A stretch of 64,000 bases of DNA, taken from contig OZ223300.1 in the NCBI GenBank assembly GCA_965140705.1, forward strand, positions 416,001-480,000, read 5' to 3'. A program made the translations under genes and the position numbers. The DNA comes from an uncultured Arcobacter sp. Lineage in GTDB: Bacteria; Campylobacterota; Campylobacteria; Campylobacterales; Arcobacteraceae. The notes under the pieces are model-generated. The model was given only the letters and a program-made list of their open reading frames with translations. It made no database searches and was not told the DNA's origin. Position 1 is the stretch's first letter. Each line of letters opens with the position of its first letter. Shown piece by piece: positions 49,649 through 59,375 of the stretch.

Positions 49649-52219
49649 ATGTTAAAATCATTGTCGATAAAAGCAAGGCTTTTACTTATAGTTATAAGTT
49701 CAATAGTCATTGTTTCTGCCGTTATGCTTGCACAGTCGGTAATTTCTTTACAGGAGACGTCGGCAACTGTAATAGAAAAGTTTAAACAAAATGCTTATGC
49801 TACAAAAGAAGAGGAACTAAAAAACTATGTTTCCTTGGTTATGAAAACAGTAGAGTCTTATTATGCAAGAACAGCCCCTGAAAAAATAAAAGTTGAAGTT
49901 CAAGCTAAATTAAAAGAACAAACTGAATTTATGTTATCAATCATGCAAGGAGAGTATGATAAGTATAAAGGAAAAGTATCTGATGAAGAACTGAAAAATA
50001 TGATTAAAACTTCGGTACAAAAAGCAAGATATGGAGATACAGGTTATTTTTGGATAAATGATTTAGATGCAAAAATCATTATGCATCCAATAAAACCAGC
50101 CCTAGATGGTAAGGATATGTCTGAATATAAAGATAAAGGTGGAAAAAGAATTTTTTATGAATTTGCAGAAGTTGCAAAAAAATCAGGTTCTGGATTTGTT
50201 GATTACGTTTGGCCAAAACCAGGTTTTGAAAAACCTCAAGAAAAGGTATCTTTTGTAAAACTTTTTGAACCATTTGGTTGGGTTATAGGTACTGGTGAAT
50301 ATGTTGATAATGTAACTGATAAATTGAAAAAAGAAGCACTAAAAGCAATATCACAAATGAAATACGGTAAATCTGGCTACTATTGGATTAACGATTCAAA
50401 TCATGTAGTAGTAATGCATGCAATGAAACCATCTTTAGTGGGTAAAAATATGTCTGATTTACAAGATCCAAAGGGTAAATACATATATCGAGAAATCGTT
50501 AAAACAGCTAATGCAAAAGAAGAGGGTGGATTGGTTAAATATATGTGGCCAAAACCTGGTAAGAAACTTGATCAACCTAAATTTTCATATGTACAAAGAT
50601 TTGCTCCTTGGGATTGGATTATAGGAACAGGGGCATATGTAGATGATATTGAAGATAAAATTGCACAAATGCATGATGAAACGGAAGCTCAAATAAAAGC
50701 GGTAATTATAAGAAATTGTGCAATTATTTTTGTTATTATGATTATCTTAGCAATAATTATGGGTATGCTATCTAATAGATCTATTTTTGTGCCTTTAAAT
50801 AAATTCCAAGATGGATTATTAGGATTCTTTAAATATCTAAATAAAGAACAACCTGATGTTGATAATCTTGATGATTCAGCAAATGATGAAATTGGAGCGA
50901 TGGCAAAAATTATAAATCAAAATCTAGGAAAAACAAAATCTTTAATTAAACAAGATGATGAATTAATTCAAGATGTTACAAGAGTTGTAGGGGAGATAGA
51001 AAAAGGGTATTTATTTAACAGAGTTGAAAAAAGAACAGAAAATGAGTCTTTACAAAAACTTCAAAATAAACTAAATGAAATGTTGGATAATCTTGAAACT
51101 AATATAGGTAAAGATACAAATATCATTTTAGATTGTTTAGCAAAATATGGAAAACTTGATTTTAGAGATAATATACAAAATGCTCAAGGAAAAGTTGAAG
51201 TAGCTATAAATGAATTGTCAGATATTATTAATAATATGCTAAAAGAGAATAAACAAAATGGTTTAACATTAGATGCAAGTTCTGATGTTTTACTTAAAAA
51301 TGTTGATACTTTAAATAAAAACTCTACATCAACAGCTGCTTCGTTAGAAGAAACAGCAGCAGCATTAGAAGAGATAACTTCTGCAATTGTTAGTAACACA
51401 AATAATATTGCAACAATGGCAACATATTCTGATGAATTAGTTGAATCAATAAATCTTGGTAAAACTTTAGCTGAGTCAACTGTAGTTGCAATGGATGAAA
51501 TTAATAGTCAAACAGAAGCTATTGCAGATGCAATTGTTTTAATTGATCAAATAGCCTTCCAAACAAATATTTTATCACTAAATGCAGCAGTTGAAGCGGC
51601 AACAGCAGGAGAAGCTGGAAAAGGATTTGCCGTAGTTGCACAAGAAGTAAGAAATCTAGCTTCAAGATCTGCTGATGCAGCAAAAGAGATAAAATCTTTA
51701 GTTGAAAATGCAACGCAAAAAACAAATGCAGGTAAAGAAGGAACTGATAAGATGATTAAAGGTTATGAAACTTTACATCTAAATATCAAAAAAACAACAG
51801 ATACAATACAATCAATTGCAGAATCATCAAAAGAACAAAGAGCAGGTATTGAGCAAATAAATGATGCTGTTAATAGATTGGATCAACAAACACAAGAGAA
51901 TGTTGCTATTTCTAATACTACTCACTCTATTGCTGTTGAAACTGATGAGTTAGCTAAACTTATTGTTACAGTTACAAATGAAAAAGAGTTTAGAGGTAAA
52001 CATGATTTGAAAGCAAAAGTTTCTAACTATGAAACAGCAACAGTTACTATACCTGTAAAGAAAGTAGAAGTGAAAAAACCAGAATCAAAAAAAGTAGAAA
52101 AATCTTCTGATACAAAAAAAGAAGTGAAAAGTGAAAATAGTTCTAAAATAGAGGCTAAACCTAAAGTTGAAATAATAAAAAGTCAAAGTAGTTCTGATGA
52201 TGAATGGGAAAGTTTCTAA
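49649..52219 (+). CDS. Methyl-accepting chemotaxis protein with duplicated Cache-2 sensor
   Basis: Two YxWIND...MH...WPKPG...WxIGTGxYVD units, MCP signalling hairpin, C-terminal EWESF. Confidence 0.95.
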   Translation: MLKSLSIKARLLLIVISSIVIVSAVMLAQSVISLQETSATVIEKFKQNAYATKEEELKNYVSLVMKTVESYYARTAPEKIKVEVQAKLKEQTEFMLSIMQGEYDKYKGKVSDEELKNMIKTSVQKARYGDTGYFWINDLDAKIIMHPIKPALDGKDMSEYKDKGGKRIFYEFAEVAKKSGSGFVDYVWPKPGFEKPQEKVSFVKLFEPFGWVIGTGEYVDNVTDKLKKEALKAISQMKYGKSGYYWINDSNHVVVMHAMKPSLVGKNMSDLQDPKGKYIYREIVKTANAKEEGGLVKYMWPKPGKKLDQPKFSYVQRFAPWDWIIGTGAYVDDIEDKIAQMHDETEAQIKAVIIRNCAIIFVIMIILAIIMGMLSNRSIFVPLNKFQDGLLGFFKYLNKEQPDVDNLDDSANDEIGAMAKIINQNLGKTKSLIKQDDELIQDVTRVVGEIEKGYLFNRVEKRTENESLQKLQNKLNEMLDNLETNIGKDTNIILDCLAKYGKLDFRDNIQNAQGKVEVAINELSDIINNMLKENKQNGLTLDASSDVLLKNVDTLNKNSTSTAASLEETAAALEEITSAIVSNTNNIATMATYSDELVESINLGKTLAESTVVAMDEINSQTEAIADAIVLIDQIAFQTNILSLNAAVEAATAGEAGKGFAVVAQEVRNLASRSADAAKEIKSLVENATQKTNAGKEGTDKMIKGYETLHLNIKKTTDTIQSIAESSKEQRAGIEQINDAVNRLDQQTQENVAISNTTHSIAVETDELAKLIVTVTNEKEFRGKHDLKAKVSNYETATVTIPVKKVEVKKPESKKVEKSSDTKKEVKSENSSKIEAKPKVEIIKSQSSSDDEWESF

Positions 52220-52222
52220 GAT

Positions 52223-52260
52223 AAAAAAAGAAGAGATATAAAGTTATTTTATATCTCTTC
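52223..52260. terminator. Bidirectional terminator-like hairpin
   Basis: GAAGAGATATAAA-gttat-TTTATATCTCTTC, with an A7 run on the left. Confidence 0.7.
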
Positions 52261-52605
52261 AGATATTATTGTACTTATTTTTTTTGACGAGCCAAAATGT
52301 GGGAATAATTTGAACCTTATATTTTGGTAATTGCTTCTTAATTCTTCAATTATATTTGGAATATCATTTACAACATGTTTACCAGAATTTAAAAAATACG
52401 GATAAAGACTAATTTCAGTAATATTTTTTGAATCTAGTTGTTCTACAAGCTCTTCAATAGAAGGTTTAGCAAACTCTAAAAAAGCAGTTTCTATTCTCTT
52501 ATATTTATTTGAATTTAATTTTTTTATCTCTTCTACTAAATCTTTAAACTCCTGATTTGATTTATCTTTTTTACTACCATGTGCTATTAGTATTAATGCT
52601 TTCAT
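52249..52605 (-). CDS. CbiX/SirB-type sirohydrochlorin chelatase (small form)
   Basis: LIAHGS, AFLEFAKPSI, PYFLNSGKHV..DIP, PHFG. Confidence 0.9.
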   Translation of the reverse strand: MKALILIAHGSKKDKSNQEFKDLVEEIKKLNSNKYKRIETAFLEFAKPSIEELVEQLDSKNITEISLYPYFLNSGKHVVNDIPNIIEELRSNYQNIRFKLFPHFGSSKKISTIISEEI

Positions 52606-52635
52606 TATCTTCCTTAACTTTTCAATAACTATTTT

Positions 52636-53736
52636 TTATTCAAGACTTGTTTGCTTAAATTCTTTTACTATAGCTACTTCTCTTTGATAAATATATTTTT
52701 CTAAAATCTTTTTATTTGCTATACTTAAATCAAGTAACATTACTATTTTAGTTAAATTATTTTCTAGTTTTTCTATTTTTAAAACAGTTGCTTTTGAATC
52801 AATTCTTTCTTTATGTGTTTGAGTATCATGATATGAAGTGCCATAATATGTATTAAAACTTAGTGTTAAATTAACACTCTCATTTAGTTTAATTTTTTCA
52901 TCAAAAAACTTGACCTCAAATGAGATAGCTTTTGTAGATATGCTTGATACATCAAAAGAGTACCTATCATCTTTTTTAAAAACTGAAGCACTAAAATCTT
53001 CATTTGGAACAATTCCAATTACTTCTCTTTTTTTAGCTAAGTGTTCAATTCTTTCTAGATTATCAAAAGTTAGTTCATTGTTTTGTTCATCATAATCTTT
53101 TAATCTAACTTTTATAGTGTCATTGTTTGTTTCGATAATGCTACTTTTTTCTTTTAGTATAGCTTTTACTTGGACTTTAATTGTTTGTATTTTTATACTA
53201 TCTTCTTTTACTAAAGTAATAGTTCCTTCATGAATAAAAGGTAAACCTTTATAGTGATTAATCAAGGTAATTGGGGCTTTATTCTTTTTTATAATTAGTA
53301 AATTTCTTAATAATTCATCTTCAAAACTATCCTCATCTTTTTCTCCCTCTATAACTTTTAATAGGGTATTTGTTAATTGGTCAAAATTTACAGGCTTTTG
53401 AATGAAGTTTGTAATCCCTTCTTTTAAAAATTTTTCTACATTTTCTGAATAACCATAAGCAGAACAAACTATAATTTTAGAAGAGTGTTTGGTTTTATTT
53501 AGATTTTCTATAAATTCATGACCATCCATTTTAGGCATTTGAATATCTGTTAATATGATATTAGGATTATGGTTTTTGCAAATTTCTAAGGCTTCAAGAC
53601 CATCTTTAGCTACATAAACTTTATCAAAAAGTTTTTCTAAAAATACTTTCATTTGGTTTTGAATAGCTATACTATCTTCTACTATAAGTGCTGATAAATT
53701 TTTTGCAAGTTCTTTTAATACTTTTAAATTAGACAT
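52636..53736 (-). CDS. Response regulator with non-DNA-binding, PilZ-like output region
   Basis: IVEDS, LTDIQMP, CSA, FIQKP; C-terminal NHYKGLP...EKYIYQRE. PilZ-like call is inference. Confidence 0.8.
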   Translation of the reverse strand: MSNLKVLKELAKNLSALIVEDSIAIQNQMKVFLEKLFDKVYVAKDGLEALEICKNHNPNIILTDIQMPKMDGHEFIENLNKTKHSSKIIVCSAYGYSENVEKFLKEGITNFIQKPVNFDQLTNTLLKVIEGEKDEDSFEDELLRNLLIIKKNKAPITLINHYKGLPFIHEGTITLVKEDSIKIQTIKVQVKAILKEKSSIIETNNDTIKVRLKDYDEQNNELTFDNLERIEHLAKKREVIGIVPNEDFSASVFKKDDRYSFDVSSISTKAISFEVKFFDEKIKLNESVNLTLSFNTYYGTSYHDTQTHKERIDSKATVLKIEKLENNLTKIVMLLDLSIANKKILEKYIYQREVAIVKEFKQTSLE

Positions 53737-55958
53737 TATATATCCTTTGTAGAAAATCTTATTTCAAAACAAGCACCATCATCTTTATTTGACACTTGCA
53801 ATTGTCCATTTAAATGTTTTTCAATTATAATTTTTGACATATATAGTCCTAATCCTGTTCCTAATTCATCTTTAGTTGTGAAATAAGGGTCAAAGATTTT
53901 ATTTATAATATCTTCATTTATCCCACCAGCATTGTCGCTTATTTGGATTATTATTTGGTCTTTGTCCATAAACTCATTTATTCTTATTATTCTATCTTTT
54001 TCTCTTTTTTCAATTAAAGCTTCTTTTGCATTTTTTATAATATTTATAAATACTTGTAAAAGTTCTTTAGAATAAGTATAAATCTCATTTTGGGATTTAT
54101 ACTCTTGTTCTATAGTAATGTTATTATTTTCTAACATTTTGCCTATTACTTTAAAGGTTTCGTTAAATATAGATTTCACAGTAACTAAATCTTTTTGTTT
54201 ATTTGGTTTAAAAAAGTTTTTAAAATCATCGATTGTTTGAGAAAGATATTCTGTTTGAGATATAATATCTTTTAAATTTTCTTTTAATGAATCATTATTA
54301 ACACTATCAAGTTCTATGTCAGCTAGAATATTGTTTGCACCCATAGCAACAACAGAGATTGGTTGTCTCCATTGATGTGCTATCATACTTATCATCTCTC
54401 CCATTGCTGCATGTCTTGATTGTGCAATCATAAGTTCTTCTTTATCTTGTAACTCTTGTTTTAGATATACCTCTTTTGTGATATCTTGTATTGTACCTAT
54501 TGTATTAACAATTTTCCCAAAAGCAATTTCATGTTCTACATTACAATGTATATACCGTATTTCATTTTCTTTATATTTTTTAAATCTATATTCAATAGAG
54601 TAAGAGCTTTTTTCTCGTACACTATTTGTGAGTTTTTCTGATACTTTTTCTCTATCTTCTTCATAAACAAAAGTATTAAATAACTCTTTCATCCCAAATT
54701 CTGCATCTTCTTTTAGTCCAAATAATCTTCTAATATTTTCAGATACAGTTATTTCCATTGTACTTATCTTTAAACTCCAATGGGCTAAATTAGCTATTTT
54801 TTCAGCTTTTAAAAGAGTTTGTTGTGAATTACTCAGTGACATTTCTAACTCTTTTTGTTGTGTAATGTCAGTATGAAAACCAGTCATTCTTATGGCTTTT
54901 CCATCTTCATTAAAAAATGTTTTACCTCTATCTAATATCCAAATCCAATGACCATCTTTATGTCTTAGTCTATGAATATTTTCGTAAGAGTTTGTTACTT
55001 TATTATGGTTGTTTTGTATATCACATACAGCTTTTTCTTTATCTTCTGGATTTATAAGTTCTTCCCAGGTATTGATATCATTTAAAAGCTCGTCTGGTTT
55101 ATAACCTAACATTGCTTTCCACTCTTTTGAAAAATAAACTTTGTTTTGAACTAAGTCCCAATCCCATAATCCACTATTTGAAGCTCCCACTGCTAATTTA
55201 TATCTTTGATATAAGTCTTCTTGTTTTTTTGCCATCTTTTGAATAAGATCTTGTCTTGTATAAATATTATTAATAAACCAAATTAAAATAAGTAAAACAA
55301 ATATTGATAAAAGTATTATTACAATCTTAGTGATACTTACTTCTTTTTGCAATGATTCATAAAAATTTTTATAATCATTTGTTGGAATAGTGATTCTAAC
55401 GCCACCAATGTAATCACCTATTTTATAGTTTTGTTGATAGTGACAAGCCATACAACTTGCATCTACTTTTAAAGCACCTACATAAGTAAATCTTTTTAGA
55501 TTTTTGCTAAAAGAGTAGTATTCATTTATTTTATCTTTTTCAAATTTTTTTAGGGCAGTTTTTTCAAGTTTGTCAGGGGCATTATCTGGATTTATAGGTC
55601 TAAGACTAGTTAATTTATAATAGTAATTTCCTTGTTTATTGGAAATTTCAGAGATTTGTTTTGTCATCCAAGCATGATTTATTTTTATTAATAGTTTATT
55701 ATCTTTTGTGAAAATATGATTATTGATTAAATATTTATTTGGTTTTAGTGTATTGCTTTGTACATAGACTCCATCAAATTGAGTATTCCACTCTTTTATG
55801 TGAATTGTATCTTTAAAGTGAGCTCTAGATTCATTTAAAACCATTTTTTTAGAAATATTTATTTGGGAACTTGCATTTCTATCAATAAAATAAAAAGTGA
55901 CAATATTTCCTAAAATAATAAAAAAGACCGTAAGTAAGATTGCTTTTGTTTTAGTCAT
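53736..55958 (-). CDS. Sensor histidine kinase with periplasmic c-heme (DUF3365-like) domain and 2 PAS
   Basis: TSLRPINPDNAPD, CMACH, GLWDWD, MIAHQWRQP, DNAGG, GTGLGLY. Confidence 0.9.
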   Translation of the reverse strand: MTKTKAILLTVFFIILGNIVTFYFIDRNASSQINISKKMVLNESRAHFKDTIHIKEWNTQFDGVYVQSNTLKPNKYLINNHIFTKDNKLLIKINHAWMTKQISEISNKQGNYYYKLTSLRPINPDNAPDKLEKTALKKFEKDKINEYYSFSKNLKRFTYVGALKVDASCMACHYQQNYKIGDYIGGVRITIPTNDYKNFYESLQKEVSITKIVIILLSIFVLLILIWFINNIYTRQDLIQKMAKKQEDLYQRYKLAVGASNSGLWDWDLVQNKVYFSKEWKAMLGYKPDELLNDINTWEELINPEDKEKAVCDIQNNHNKVTNSYENIHRLRHKDGHWIWILDRGKTFFNEDGKAIRMTGFHTDITQQKELEMSLSNSQQTLLKAEKIANLAHWSLKISTMEITVSENIRRLFGLKEDAEFGMKELFNTFVYEEDREKVSEKLTNSVREKSSYSIEYRFKKYKENEIRYIHCNVEHEIAFGKIVNTIGTIQDITKEVYLKQELQDKEELMIAQSRHAAMGEMISMIAHQWRQPISVVAMGANNILADIELDSVNNDSLKENLKDIISQTEYLSQTIDDFKNFFKPNKQKDLVTVKSIFNETFKVIGKMLENNNITIEQEYKSQNEIYTYSKELLQVFINIIKNAKEALIEKREKDRIIRINEFMDKDQIIIQISDNAGGINEDIINKIFDPYFTTKDELGTGLGLYMSKIIIEKHLNGQLQVSNKDDGACFEIRFSTKDI

Positions 55959-56063
55959 AAACTTTGCCCTTATTCTTTAATTACATTATAGTTAAAAATA
56001 TATTTGTTTTATTTAAACTAATAAAAATATAAGAGATATTTGATATAATTTACATCTTCAAAT

Positions 56064-56140
<77 letters not shown>

Positions 56141-56224
56141 CTTCTATTTAGAATTCCAAAACTTATAAAATATATTGTTGATGATTTGTTTAATTTGATT
56201 GTATTAAAATGTAGATTGAACTAG

Positions 56225-56300
56225 TGGTGGCGCGGGGCAGAATCGAACTGCCGACACAAGGATTTTCAGTCCTTTGCTCTACCGACTGAGCTACCGAGCC
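56225..56300 (-). tRNA. tRNA-Phe (GAA)
   Basis: AAGGA-CTGAAAA-TCCTT anticodon arm, GTTCGATTC, CCA end. Confidence 0.95.
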
Positions 56301-56305
56301 ACTAG

Positions 56306-56390
56306 TGGTGGTGAGGGAAGGATTTGAACCTTCGAAGCCGTAGGCGGCGGATTTACAATCCGCAGGATTTGACCACTCTCCAACCTCACC
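56306..56390 (-). tRNA. tRNA-Tyr (GTA)
   Basis: GCGGA-TTGTAAA-TCCGC anticodon arm, long variable arm, GTTCAAATC, CCA end. Confidence 0.96.
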
Positions 56391-56455
56391 TTTTGTTTGA
56401 AGAGCGTAATAATATTCAAACAAAGATTAAAGTTATATGAAATTTGTACATAATT

Positions 56456-57157
56456 TCAATCTTTTTTTGTATATTTTAACCATTGGCTTAAAAATTCATC
56501 TCTTTTTAAAATAGTAGAACCCAAATCAATCTTGTATTGTAAACATGCATGACCTAAGTTCCAAAATTTGTAGTTCTCATTTTGAAGCAGTTTTGCTAAA
56601 AGAACTAATTGTAGTTTACCATAATTATTGTATATTTTTTCTCTGCTTGAAAAGCCAGTCAAACTTGTATATACTTTTCCAATTTTATATCCAATCTCAC
56701 CTGCAATTAGCGTATAGTTTTTTTTATCATATAATTCAAAAGTCAATAATTCAAAATTGTCATGCTTATTTGAAAAGATATCTAAAAGCATATTTTTATA
56801 CTCTTCAGTTATCCATGAATCCTTGTGAAATTCATTTATTCTTTTTATAACTTCATTTAAATTTTTATTTTTTATAAATAAATAAGTATCCTCTTTTAGT
56901 AACTTTTTTACTTTTCTACTTATATGAAGATTTTCAAAGTATAAAACGGCATATTCAAATTGGATTTCTGGAAGTAAATAGCTTCTATTGTTTGCTAAAG
57001 TAGCTGTAGTACTAATAAAACCTGCTTGGGCTAACTTCATGTATAAAGAAGGTGAAAACTGCTCACAGGCATAATAGTTTTCTTCCATATTAGGATAAAT
57101 ATGATTTACTAATATTTGTTTATTGGAGATTATTTCCTCATCTATTAGGTAAATAAT
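56456..57157 (-). CDS. Leucyl/phenylalanyl-tRNA--protein transferase-like protein
   Basis: LHISRKVKK, DSWIT, LIAGEIG, YTSLTGF, GKLQL, YKIDLG. Start inferred at ATT 57157 (or 57154) after AAGGA; first ATG at 57088. Confidence 0.75.
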   Translation of the reverse strand: MIYLIDEEIISNKQILVNHIYPNMEENYYACEQFSPSLYMKLAQAGFISTTATLANNRSYLLPEIQFEYAVLYFENLHISRKVKKLLKEDTYLFIKNKNLNEVIKRINEFHKDSWITEEYKNMLLDIFSNKHDNFELLTFELYDKKNYTLIAGEIGYKIGKVYTSLTGFSSREKIYNNYGKLQLVLLAKLLQNENYKFWNLGHACLQYKIDLGSTILKRDEFLSQWLKYTKKD

Positions 57158-57212
57158 AAAATCCTTTTAAAAGAGTAAGGGAAAAGTAGAATTCATCAGA
57201 TAAGACTTTTTC

Positions 57213-58052
57213 TTATGAAAGAAGTCTTAATACTGATTGTTGGTTGATATTATTAGCTTGTGATTGTCCAAAAGAACCAATTTGAGCTAAAATATTTTGT
57301 TTAGAGAAACTTGATACTTCTTTAGCAAAATCTACATTTGAAATAGTAGATAGAGCTGAACTATTATTTACAACTTGTGAAGACATTGAAGTATATGAAG
57401 ACTCTAATTGTTGTGCAGTAGAACCAATATCACTTCTATAATCTTGAAGTTTTGCAGTTGCTTGATCAATTGTATCTAAAAACGTTCTTGCATCATCGGC
57501 TGAAAATGTATTATCTTGAAAAAAGCCATCTAATCCTAAACCTTGTGTATTAGATTGAAGAGGATTAAGTGATGTAGTATCTTGAGAATCAGTACCTGTT
57601 TGTACATTAAAAGAGTTACTTTCACCTTTATCATCTTGACTATTTTGCAAAATAGAATTATCTCCATAACTAGTACTTGAAGCAATGTTATCAAATTGTT
57701 CTAAAAGTTTAGAAATATCATTTCTAATAATATTTCTTTGATCATCACTTGTTGTATCAGTTGCTGCTTCTAAAGTTTTTTCTCTAATTGTTCTTAAAAT
57801 ATCAGATTGTTCACCTAATGCACTATCTCCTATTTGTAAATAAGATAAAGCACTATTGATATTTTCAACACCTTGAGTTAATCCACTTTGTTGATAATTT
57901 AATTGTTCCGAAATAGCTAAAAGCGCAGGATCGTCTGATGCTTTTGTTAATTCTTTATTTGTTGCAATCTTTTCTAAAGGATTGCTTGACCTAACTCCTT
58001 GAAGCTCTTCTGGTACATATAAATAATTGCTGTAATCATTTGATATAGTCAT
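57213..58052 (-). CDS. Short flagellin-like protein
   Basis: LEKIAT...ASDDPALLAISEQL, LQIGDSAL, RSDIGS, ISNVDFAKE...NILAQ...QAN...VLRLLS; AAGGAG RBS. Confidence 0.88.
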   Translation of the reverse strand: MTISNDYSNYLYVPEELQGVRSSNPLEKIATNKELTKASDDPALLAISEQLNYQQSGLTQGVENINSALSYLQIGDSALGEQSDILRTIREKTLEAATDTTSDDQRNIIRNDISKLLEQFDNIASSTSYGDNSILQNSQDDKGESNSFNVQTGTDSQDTTSLNPLQSNTQGLGLDGFFQDNTFSADDARTFLDTIDQATAKLQDYRSDIGSTAQQLESSYTSMSSQVVNNSSALSTISNVDFAKEVSSFSKQNILAQIGSFGQSQANNINQQSVLRLLS

Positions 58053-58127
58053 CGAGTCTCCTTTCTTGAGGTTTTCTTTATTTTACAACTTCTAGTATTA
58101 AACCAACTTTAAGGATTAATACTAATA

Positions 58128-58160
58128 TAACCTTTTGTTAACTTTTTGTTAACCTTTGGT
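58128..58160 (+). repeat. Three tandem 11-bp direct repeats (putative operator)
   Basis: TAACCTTTTGT, TAACTTTTTGT, TAACCTTTGGT. Confidence 0.75.
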
Positions 58161-58197
58161 TGTTTCATAGTTAACTGAATAAGAATATACTTATATT

Positions 58198-58309
58198 ATA
58201 AGTAAATAGGAAGCGCGAACACTAGGCTTGTTTACTAAGATTAAAGTTCTCCTTGAAATAAAATTAAATCAGTTAAAAAGGCACTCTAAAGGGTTAGGTG
58301 CCTTTTTTT
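58198..58309 (+). ncRNA. Candidate trans-acting small RNA
   Basis: -10 TATACT 58186-58191, 5' hairpin 58201-58236, TTCTCCTT at 58247-58254, intrinsic terminator 58275-58309, no ATG-led ORF. Confidence 0.6.
58275..58309 (+). terminator. Rho-independent terminator
   Basis: AAAAAGGCAC(t)CTAA-aggg-TTAGGTGCC-TTTTTTT. Confidence 0.85.
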
Positions 58310-58376
58310 ATGCCTAAAATCTTTTTAAATCAATAATAATTTGGGTATTATGTCAAAATTATTAAAAAGGTTATAG

Positions 58377-59375
58377 ATGAAAAGAGTTTTTTTACAAAAT
58401 TATAAGCCCCTAGAATTCAAGTTTTATCAAAATAAAGATGATTTTATTGTTACAGAAAATCCAATAAAATTCACAAATAGAGGTAATTTTATAATTTTAA
58501 AAATAGAAAAAGAGAGATTAGGAACTTGGGATTTAATTGACTCACTTGCTAGAAATCTAAATATATATGAAAATGAAATAGGTTATGCTGGATTAAAAGA
58601 TAAGAATGCAACTACTACTCAATACATCTCAATACCTAGAAAATATGTAAAAGATATAAAAAAATTTAAACATCCAAAGATAAAGATATTAGAGACCTTT
58701 TTACATAGTACAAAGTTAAATATTGGTGATTTGATTGGAAACTCTTTTGAAATAAATCTTCATGAAGTAGAGTCTTGTGATGTAGGTATTATTGAAAAAA
58801 GGCTACATGAACTTGCAAAAAATGGTATACCAAATTTCTTTGGATATCAAAGATTTGGGAAAGATATAAAAGAGAACCTTGAAAAAGCAAATAAGATTAT
58901 TTATGGTGATTTGAAAATTAGAGATAGAAAATTAGAAAAGATGTTAATTTCTATTTATCAAAGTGATTTATTTAATAAATGGCTTGCTAAAAGAGTTGAA
59001 ATGTCTGATGGAAGATTTAAATTACTTGATGGTGAAGTTATGAAATCACTTGTTGATTTGAAATTTTTTACACCAAATAAAATAAATGAAAAGATAATAA
59101 AAGATTTTGAGGATAAAAAAATAGTTCCTACAGGTCTTTTATGTGGAAGAGAAGTCTATAGAGCAAGAAATGAAGCATATCTTATTGAAAAAGAGTTTGA
59201 TGATACTTATATTCAAGAAAAAGGTTTAAGAAGAGATGCTATTATTTTCCCAAAAGATATTTTTGTAAATTATGATGTTGAAAATAAAAAGTGCAAACTA
59301 AAATTCACACTTCCAAAAGCTTCATATGCTACAGTTGTGGTTGAAAATATAGCAAATAAAAATCTAAGAGTTTAA
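58377..59375 (+). CDS. truD: tRNA pseudouridine(13) synthase
   Basis: DFIVTE, GYAGLKDKNATTTQ, GDLIGNSF, PNFFGYQRFG, FTLPKASYAT. Confidence 0.95.
   Translation: MKRVFLQNYKPLEFKFYQNKDDFIVTENPIKFTNRGNFIILKIEKERLGTWDLIDSLARNLNIYENEIGYAGLKDKNATTTQYISIPRKYVKDIKKFKHPKIKILETFLHSTKLNIGDLIGNSFEINLHEVESCDVGIIEKRLHELAKNGIPNFFGYQRFGKDIKENLEKANKIIYGDLKIRDRKLEKMLISIYQSDLFNKWLAKRVEMSDGRFKLLDGEVMKSLVDLKFFTPNKINEKIIKDFEDKKIVPTGLLCGREVYRARNEAYLIEKEFDDTYIQEKGLRRDAIIFPKDIFVNYDVENKKCKLKFTLPKASYATVVVENIANKNLRV

Noticed and set aside
18200..51700. Similar DNA stretches near 18230-18590 and 51340-51710
   Set aside because: Conserved signalling domains of two paralogous chemoreceptors, not a mobile repeat.
56190..56423. 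77-aa minus-strand ORF
   Set aside because: Overlies tRNA-Tyr and tRNA-Phe; spurious.
58128..58160. CRISPR array or VNTR
   Set aside because: Only three 11-bp units, no spacers and no cas genes; better explained as an operator.
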